From positions 288,001 to 352,000 of the forward strand of contig CBDCRP010000003.1 in NCBI GenBank assembly GCA_965221165.1: a stretch of DNA of 64,000 nt. The letters are read 5' to 3'. Position numbers and translations under genes: made by a program. Source of the DNA: a bacterium (GTDB lineage Bacteria > UBA8248). The notes beneath the pieces are model-generated. The model made no database searches and was not told the origin of the DNA. It was given only the letters and a program-made list of their open reading frames with translations. Below are positions 57,485-64,000 of this stretch, piece after piece (within the stretch, counting starts at the first letter, position 1; every line of letters begins with the position of its first letter).

Positions 57485-58423
57485 TTACGCAGAGAGTTCT
57501 TGTAAGTGCGCTGCGACGGAACGCTCCAGGGCGTCGAGATCGTATCCGCCCTCGAGCAGGCTGATGAGGCGCCCCTCGCACAGGTTTTCGGCAAGCGTCT
57601 TCATCCAAGCGGTCAAGCGGGCGAAACCGGCTTCTGTGATCATCAGCCCCCCGAGCGGGTCGTCGCGGTGCGCGTCGAAACCCGCCGATACGACGATTGC
57701 CTCCGGTCCATGCGCTTCAACGGCGGGGATGACGGATTCTCGAAATTTCACCAGATATTCTTCCTCGGGAGTTCCCGCCGCTATGGGAATGTTCAGCGTC
57801 TTGCCCTCACCGGCCCCTTCTCCCGTCTCGCCCGCGAGCCCCGTGCCCGGGTAGTGGGGATGTTGATGCAGGGAAATGAAAAGCACGTCCGGATCGCGCC
57901 AGAAGATATCCTGCGTGCCGTTTCCATGGTGCACGTCCCAATCCACCACGGCGATTTTCTTAGACCCATGTTTTTCCCGTAGATATCGAACCAGGATAGA
58001 CGCGGTGGCGAACAGGCAAAAACCCATGGATTGAAAGGGCAAGGCATGGTGGCCCGGCGGTCTTGCGGCGCAAAAGGCGTTGTCCACCTCACCGGCGGCG
58101 ACGGCGTCCGCCGCACTCAAGGCGGCATCCACGGCGGCGAGCGCGGCCTCATAGCTTCCGGGGCCGGCCTGCGTGTCGCCGCCATCCAGAATACACCTGC
58201 CCGCCGCGCACGTTTCGCGCACGAACCGGTGGTGTGATTCCTCATGCACCCGCAAAACCCACTCCGAGGGCTCGTGGGGCGTAATCTCCATATGTCTGAG
58301 CGATGGGACTTGCGGAACAATCCTCTCGGGCGCGAGGCGTCTGGCGCGCTCGACGTTCTCCACATGGCGGCCATTGTCGTGCAGCAGCGATTCGGGCGTC
58401 CAGAAATACGCAGTCCGGCTCAA
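57485..58423 (-). CDS. Histone deacetylase family amidohydrolase
   Basis: HVE..ER, RPPGHHA, GFC, DWDVHHGNGTQ, SAGFDAH.DDPLG and LEGGY motifs. TTGA overlap with the permease stop. Confidence 0.93.
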   Translation of the reverse strand: MSRTAYFWTPESLLHDNGRHVENVERARRLAPERIVPQVPSLRHMEITPHEPSEWVLRVHEESHHRFVRETCAAGRCILDGGDTQAGPGSYEAALAAVDAALSAADAVAAGEVDNAFCAARPPGHHALPFQSMGFCLFATASILVRYLREKHGSKKIAVVDWDVHHGNGTQDIFWRDPDVLFISLHQHPHYPGTGLAGETGEGAGEGKTLNIPIAAGTPEEEYLVKFRESVIPAVEAHGPEAIVVSAGFDAHRDDPLGGLMITEAGFARLTAWMKTLAENLCEGRLISLLEGGYDLDALERSVAAHLQELSA

Positions 58424-59337
58424 TGGAGTCTCACCCTGGGGTCGAGGACGGAATACATCAAATCAACAATGAGGTTCAAAGACACGAAAATCAGGGCGGT
58501 AATGGTCACCGAGGCCTGCACCAGGGGGAAATCCTTGGCGTAGACGGCCTGGATCAGGAGCCTCCCCACGCCCGGCCAGGAGAAAATCGTCTCGACGATT
58601 ACCGCACCCCCCAGCAGGTGCCCGAATTCCAGACCAATAATCGTAATCACCGGAATCATGGAGTTCCTGAGCACGTGCAGATTAATGACGATCCACTCGG
58701 AGAGCCCCTTCGCACGGGCGGTCTTCACATATTCATGACGCAGAACCTCCAGCATGGAGCTTCGGACCACCCGCGTATTTCTCGCAATCGAGTAGGTGGA
58801 AAGCGCAATGGCGGGCAATACGAGATGCTCCCAGCCGCTTCTTCCGCTGACCGGCAGCCACCTCAGACTCACTCCGAAGATCAGGATCAGCATCAGCCCG
58901 AGCCAGAAAACGGGCATGGATTGCCCCAGGAGCGCGAAAAGCATTCCCCCATGATCGTATGGGGAGCCGCGCTGCGTCGCGCTGACGACTCCTAACGGAA
59001 ACGCCAGGATAATCGAGAGTACGAGCGCCACGAGGGCGAGTTCCAGAGTCGCGGGCAGACGCTCCATAATGAGTTCGAACGCGGGCTGGCGATAGCGCAG
59101 GCTTTCGCCGAAATCACCCTGCACGGCCCTGCCCACGTATCGCCCGTATTGCACGAACCAGGGCTTGTCGAGACCCATGTCCTGGCGGAGTTGCTTCACC
59201 TCCTGGACCGTCCAGTCCTCACCCACCATGGTGTCCGTCGGGTCGCCCGATAGGAACAAGACGGCGAACGAGATGAAGCTCACGCCGGCCACGACAACGA
59301 TGGCCCGGATGACTCTTCTGAAAAGATAAGCGCCCAT
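58420..59337 (-). CDS. Peptide/nickel ABC transporter permease (DppB-like)
   Basis: GLDKPWFVQY, GDFGES, YVKTARAKGL and ETIFSWPGVG motifs. Confidence 0.93.
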   Translation of the reverse strand: MGAYLFRRVIRAIVVVAGVSFISFAVLFLSGDPTDTMVGEDWTVQEVKQLRQDMGLDKPWFVQYGRYVGRAVQGDFGESLRYRQPAFELIMERLPATLELALVALVLSIILAFPLGVVSATQRGSPYDHGGMLFALLGQSMPVFWLGLMLILIFGVSLRWLPVSGRSGWEHLVLPAIALSTYSIARNTRVVRSSMLEVLRHEYVKTARAKGLSEWIVINLHVLRNSMIPVITIIGLEFGHLLGGAVIVETIFSWPGVGRLLIQAVYAKDFPLVQASVTITALIFVSLNLIVDLMYSVLDPRVRLH

Positions 59338-59338
59338 C

Positions 59339-60886
59339 TTATTGTTTCGCTTCTTTCAACCGAATCGCGGGCAGATAGATTCTCTCATCCGGCCTCGGCG
59401 TCCACTGCGTTCTGGCGCTTAAGCCGAAAAAATCATACTGGTTCCATAAAAATACCCACGGGCTTTCCTCATGAACGATGCGCTGCATCCGGTAGCTGAT
59501 TCGCCTGCGCACGTCGGGGTCGAACGTCTGGCCGAGCATCTTGTAATTTTCAATAAACTCCCGGTTCCTCCAGGCGGTGAGGTTGGCGAAAAGGTTAGGC
59601 CGCAAAACGCCCAGGTCGAGTTCTTCGTTGAAGGCGGAGCTGAACCCGTGAAAATACAGGGGCGCCAGCGTCTTTTTTCTTCTTCTGGCGAGGAAAACGG
59701 ACCACTCCAGGGGAATGACCTCCACCAGGACGCCCACGGCGCGGAAATAAGCCGCTATGAATTCTGACATCTCCTTTCCTTTCAAGTACCTGGAGGATGG
59801 AACTTCAAGTTTCAGTTCAAATGGTATGCCATTCGCCTCCAGGACGCCGTCTCCATTGGTATCCTTGAGACCGGCCTCGGCGAGGAGCGCTTTCGCCTTT
59901 TGGGGATCGTAGGCGTCGGCCTTCATGTTCGGGTCGGCGTTCGGGGCGTTCACGATGCTCCTCATCCGCGAGCCGTGACCCAGAAATACGTTCTTGACGA
60001 TAGCTTCGAAATCAACCGCGTGGTTCAGCGCCCGGCGGACGCGCGCATCGCCCAGCACGCCATGGTCCGTGCGAATTCCCAGATAAATCCTGCGTCCTCC
60101 CCGAGCCCCCTTGAGTTGGAGACCCTCTTCCCTCGCCATGATGGTTTTCGACTGATCGGGCGAGATGTTCATGATGACGTCGGCCCCGCCCGTCTCGAGC
60201 TCCCCTATGCGGGCCGAAGCCTCGGACACCGGCCGCCAGACCACCTTTCCTATTGCAGGCTCACCCCGCCACCAGCTATCGTTGGCCTCCATCTCGATGC
60301 GGTCGTCCTTGATCCACTTCACCAGTTTGTACGGCCCCGTGCCCACGGGCTTTCGCAGCAATTCCTTGGGCGGAGTGGATGAATAGTATTTCGGCGGCAA
60401 CATGAACGCGTTCACCATCCACACCGGCAGGGTGGCGACCGGGCGCCTGGTGTGAATCTTCACGGTGTGGGAACCCACTTTTTCTATCCTGTCCAGGAAA
60501 ATCCTGCGGTAGACCGTGATGCGGGGCTTGAGCTTCGCATCGCGCATGCGCTCGAACGTGTATCGCACGGATTCGGCATCGAACGGTTCACCGTTATGAA
60601 ACCTGACCCCCTTGCGCAGATGAAACGTCCAGACCTTTTTCGTCTCGTCCACCTCCCAGCGCTCGGCCAGGGCGGGCGCAAGCTTCATGTCGTCGCGCCG
60701 CTCGATGAGAGGGTCGAACATGTTCATCAAGATGCTCCACTCGATGGTGGCGGTCGCAAAATGGGGGTCCAGCGTATTGGCCTCCACCGAGAGGAGGACC
60801 GTAAAGGGCCCTTCTCTCGCTTCGCGGCCGCAGGCGGCGAGCCCTAAAAGCAACAGGCAAATTCCACCGAGCAGGAGCCTTTTCAT
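59339..60886 (-). CDS. Peptide/nickel ABC transporter substrate-binding lipoprotein (family 5)
   Basis: Lipobox LAAC; TLDPH, LRKGVRFHNG, PVGTGPY and VRRALNHAVD motifs. Confidence 0.93.
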   Translation of the reverse strand: MKRLLLGGICLLLLGLAACGREAREGPFTVLLSVEANTLDPHFATATIEWSILMNMFDPLIERRDDMKLAPALAERWEVDETKKVWTFHLRKGVRFHNGEPFDAESVRYTFERMRDAKLKPRITVYRRIFLDRIEKVGSHTVKIHTRRPVATLPVWMVNAFMLPPKYYSSTPPKELLRKPVGTGPYKLVKWIKDDRIEMEANDSWWRGEPAIGKVVWRPVSEASARIGELETGGADVIMNISPDQSKTIMAREEGLQLKGARGGRRIYLGIRTDHGVLGDARVRRALNHAVDFEAIVKNVFLGHGSRMRSIVNAPNADPNMKADAYDPQKAKALLAEAGLKDTNGDGVLEANGIPFELKLEVPSSRYLKGKEMSEFIAAYFRAVGVLVEVIPLEWSVFLARRRKKTLAPLYFHGFSSAFNEELDLGVLRPNLFANLTAWRNREFIENYKMLGQTFDPDVRRRISYRMQRIVHEESPWVFLWNQYDFFGLSARTQWTPRPDERIYLPAIRLKEAKQ

Positions 60887-60915
60887 GCACAAATTCCCTT
60901 CAAAAACCAAAATGC

Positions 60916-61848
60916 CTACATATCATCGCCGAGGCGGGGGTCCATGTAGTCCCGCAGCCAGTCGCCGATGAGGTTGATGCTCAGCACCGTCGCCATGATG
61001 GCGAGCCCCGGAAAGGTCGCCATCCACCAGGCGCCGCGTAGATACTCGCGCCCCTCGGACAACATGCCGCCCCAGGTGACGACCGAAGGCGGAACGCCCA
61101 GGCCCAGAAAACTCAGCGAAGATTCGGAAATAATGTTTCCCGCCACGGCGAACGTGGCGATGACGATCAGAGGCGACAAGGTATTGGGCAGAATCTGCAT
61201 GAACAATATGCGGTACAGCGGGTAGCCCAAGGCGTGTGTGGCTTCCACGAATTCCCGCTCCCTGATCGAGATGACCTGGCCTCTGACCACGCGGCCGTAG
61301 GCCACCCAACGGCTGATCCCCAGCACGATGATGATGTTGAGGAGACCCGGCCCGAGGACCGCCATGATCGTGATGGCCAGAAGAATGAAGGGAAACGCCA
61401 GTTGAATTTCTGAAAACCCGCTGATGAGATCGTCTATTTTTCCGCCGAAAAAGCCCGAAACGAGGCCCAGGACGATGCCGATGACCCCTGAAATCACCAC
61501 CGAACTCAAACCCACAAGAATCGAGACGCGGCCTCCGTAAATGAGCCGGCTTAGAATATCCCGGCCCAGCGCATCGGTTCCCAATGCATAACTCGCGCTA
61601 CCTCCCTCCACCCACACGGGAGGCTTCAGGCGCAGATTCACATCCACTTTCCGCGGGTTTTGGGGCGCGATGAGAGGGGCCGAAAGAGACACGACGACGA
61701 GCAGGATGAGGAAAACGCCGCCGAGCATCGCCGGTTTGGCGCGCATCATGCTTCGGCGAAATTTCTCCCACCTCAGCTCCGAGGCCGACATCACGGTGTA
61801 TTCACCCGCATCAAAAGCCGATTCGGGCATTTCTCTCTCTTCCGCCAT
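60916..61848 (-). CDS. Peptide/nickel ABC transporter permease (DppC-like)
   Basis: LGTDALGRDILSRLIYG, EFVEA, LSFLGLG and GDWLRD motifs. Confidence 0.93.
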   Translation of the reverse strand: MAEEREMPESAFDAGEYTVMSASELRWEKFRRSMMRAKPAMLGGVFLILLVVVSLSAPLIAPQNPRKVDVNLRLKPPVWVEGGSASYALGTDALGRDILSRLIYGGRVSILVGLSSVVISGVIGIVLGLVSGFFGGKIDDLISGFSEIQLAFPFILLAITIMAVLGPGLLNIIIVLGISRWVAYGRVVRGQVISIREREFVEATHALGYPLYRILFMQILPNTLSPLIVIATFAVAGNIISESSLSFLGLGVPPSVVTWGGMLSEGREYLRGAWWMATFPGLAIMATVLSINLIGDWLRDYMDPRLGDDM

Positions 61849-62069
61849 GTATGAACTCTCGCGCCTTGGTGGCGTTATTTCAGGATGTGAGACATTTCAT
61901 ATCCTAGCATAGCGCTGGGTGAGTTGCAGAAGCCCCCGAGGGTGAAATCGCCATTTCCCAAAACGTCGAATTATGTTGATATCCGCGAGGCTATCGAATT
62001 AGAATCTCATGTTTTTTGTTTTGGAATCGGCTGCCTATTTGTGGTGATTTTCCAAAAAGGGATGCCTCC

Positions 62070-63506
62070 TTGTCTCGATACACGAAAGATGATTTTAACG
62101 GGATGTTGACCTCCGCAGTTCCGGCCGGCTCGATATTCGGCTTCCAGGGCCTGCGCTCCACCGATTCGATTACCGTGGAAAATATCGTCCCCCTCGATTT
62201 CCTCATTGCCTGTGATTACGGGATAGACGGGCCGGAATGGGACGAACGCCTCCGTTATTTCGCCGTGGAACGCGGCCGGAAAAAACGAATCGTGTGGACG
62301 CATTCATCACTCGTGGAGGCGTACGAAGGAGCCCTGGGGCCGCAAATTCGTGAATTTCTCTCGCAAGGGAATGGCCGCCAATACATCATCCCCTATCGTT
62401 CCACGGAATTTCTCGGCCAACTCGCGGAACAAGCCGGGGGAAGGCTCCGCATTCTGGCGAATCCGGTGGAAATCAAGACGAGATTCGACGACAAGGTATC
62501 CTTCCGCCGCCAGGCCATCGAAGCGGGGCTCGGCGTTCCTCCGGGCGAAGTGGTGGCCCTGGGAAGCCTCGGCGCCAAAGAGCTCGAAGAATTCGGACCC
62601 GTCATGATTATTTCGGAGAGAATCGGTTCATCCGGCAACCAGACGCACCTCATCGACTCAACCGAAGCGCTCTCGCAGAAGCGAAATGAACTCATCGATA
62701 AACTGGGTCTCGATGCGCTGGTGATCGTGACCGCATTCCTGGATGGTCCCGCCCTCGGCGCAGCGGGGGTGATCTGCAACGGAAAACCCTGGATGTCCCA
62801 CCCTTCGGTGATGTTCACCGGAATCCCCGGCTGCTCGATGCACCGCTTCGATTACGCCGGCAGCGACTACGCGGCGTATCGGCAGGTTTCACGGGAGAGC
62901 CGGCGGAAAATCGAGGAAGCCACCCTCAAGATCGGAGACTGGATAGCGGAGGCGGGCTACCGGGGGATATACGGCGTCGATTTCATCGTCCATCGGGACG
63001 AACCCTACGCCATCGAACTCAACCCGCGCGTGCTGGGAACCACCCAATTGATGACCGAACTCGAAGAAATCCATAGCAACGCCCCCACCACCACCTATTG
63101 GCATTTGGCGGAATTTCTTGACCGGAGCGACGATATCGACGCGCATCGGGATTTACTCGCCGATCTCGGCCAACCTGATTTGTCCGGTTTTCAGCTTTTG
63201 ATTCGAAACACGAGCTCTCAGCGAGTGAAAATCGGCCACTCGCTGGCGCCTGGAATCTACACCCTCCCAAAAAAGAGCCCGGAATTCATCAGGCAGGGGC
63301 ATCGCTTGCGTGAGGTTCAGGAACAAGATGAGGTTCTGGTTACTTGCTCTCCTCCGGCGAAAGGCACCATAGTAGAACCGAGGGGGACGTTCTGTAAGCT
63401 CGAGGGCGTTTCATCGATCTATGAGGGAGGGGAAAAACAGATATCCGAAGACGCTCAGGAAATGATACATACATTCATTCGCCATCTCGCTCTTTCTCCT
63501 GCTTAG
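62070..63506 (+). CDS. ATP-grasp fold ligase, putative amino-acid or peptide ligase
   Basis: FDDKVSFRR..IEAGLGVPPG, GSSGNQT and GIYGVDF...AIELNPR motifs. Start uncertain (62016, 62070 or 62103). Confidence 0.8.
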   Translation: MSRYTKDDFNGMLTSAVPAGSIFGFQGLRSTDSITVENIVPLDFLIACDYGIDGPEWDERLRYFAVERGRKKRIVWTHSSLVEAYEGALGPQIREFLSQGNGRQYIIPYRSTEFLGQLAEQAGGRLRILANPVEIKTRFDDKVSFRRQAIEAGLGVPPGEVVALGSLGAKELEEFGPVMIISERIGSSGNQTHLIDSTEALSQKRNELIDKLGLDALVIVTAFLDGPALGAAGVICNGKPWMSHPSVMFTGIPGCSMHRFDYAGSDYAAYRQVSRESRRKIEEATLKIGDWIAEAGYRGIYGVDFIVHRDEPYAIELNPRVLGTTQLMTELEEIHSNAPTTTYWHLAEFLDRSDDIDAHRDLLADLGQPDLSGFQLLIRNTSSQRVKIGHSLAPGIYTLPKKSPEFIRQGHRLREVQEQDEVLVTCSPPAKGTIVEPRGTFCKLEGVSSIYEGGEKQISEDAQEMIHTFIRHLALSPA

Positions 63507-63520
63507 GACATAGTAAAAAA

Positions 63521-64000
63521 TTGAGAGTAGATTTTTTCGCATCCACCGCACGAGGATTGTTCCTGTCCCCCGAAAGCCCCTACGCGTTTCAGGCGGATTT
63601 CACGCCCGACCCGCAGCCAGTTCCCTCCAACGGAATCGCCCTGGGTGAAGTCGTCGATGTTCCCGAAAACGCTCCCATCAATCGCCTCGAGACGCTGGAG
63701 GCCCTCCCGGGAACGCAGGACGCGTGGAACACGAGTGAAACGAAGCTGCAGAAAAAAATGAACCTGGCCGTAGCGATTGGCGGGCGCTACGCGAATCGCA
63801 GCATTTCGGGCCGCGAGCCGGATACGCCCTCCCCACCCGGGACGGTACTGGACCTGCTGAACGTCGGCGGCGTCGCCGGGGTGTGCGGGAACCCCCAAAC
63901 GCCATGCGTGAAAATAGAAGTGAAAGGAAGCATTCCATTACGGGGGAAACCCGCCCAGCTTCCCCATCTGCCCGTCATCCCCGACACCCGGTGCCCCGTT
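63521..64000 (+). CDS. DUF1611-like protein, N-terminal part, truncated by the window end
   Basis: Read manually, open from TTG 63521 to the end: MRVDFFASTARGL...AVAIGGRYANRSISGREP...GTVLDLLNVGGVAGVC...KIEVKG. This resembles DUF1611 N-terminal regions. It starts 14 nt after the ATP-grasp stop. Confidence 0.55.
   Translation, partial: MRVDFFASTARGLFLSPESPYAFQADFTPDPQPVPSNGIALGEVVDVPENAPINRLETLEALPGTQDAWNTSETKLQKKMNLAVAIGGRYANRSISGREPDTPSPPGTVLDLLNVGGVAGVCGNPQTPCVKIEVKGSIPLRGKPAQLPHLPVIPDTRCPV

Noticed and set aside
63503-63898. 131-aa minus-strand ORF at the window end
   Set aside because: The plus-strand frame from 63521 is open to the end, follows the ATP-grasp gene and is more protein-like.

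Overview
A gene-dense, GC-rich bacterial chromosomal segment of about 65 CDS. I recognised no rRNA, tRNA, CRISPR array, integrase or transposase. Housekeeping genes: PcrA/UvrD helicase, miaB, HU and ilvC. Gene clusters: (1) an iron/thiamine/polyamine-class ABC importer with two ATPases and a CapA-family metallophosphoesterase; (2) a complete variant cytochrome c maturation operon (ccmE-F-two unknown genes-A-B-C-D-H plus two TlpA thioredoxins); (3) a large organic-acid or sulfonate catabolic region with a TctABC transporter, SDRs, a Zn-dehydrogenase, Ldh_2 enzymes and a split UxaA/SuyAB-like dehydratase or lyase; (4) a DUF3090 plus SCO1664-like kinase pair; (5) a TetR-HtrA-CopA-CopZ operon; (6) a peptide-ABC plus deacetylase operon divergent from an ATP-grasp ligase and a DUF1611-like gene. 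The clearest hidden signal is an AhpD-like peroxidase that the ORF track splits at an in-frame UGA in a CxxU motif, with a SECIS-like hairpin starting 11 nt downstream, which indicates a selenoprotein. Other points of interest are a Cys-type CcmE with CxxxF alongside CcmH, a fatty-acid desaturase fused to an apolipoprotein/LEA-like tail, a Cys-rich TetR heading a copper operon, two small genes missing from the ORF track (CcmD and an Flp-pilin-like peptide) and a REP-like doublet. All functional calls come from motif recognition by eye; no database searches were run.
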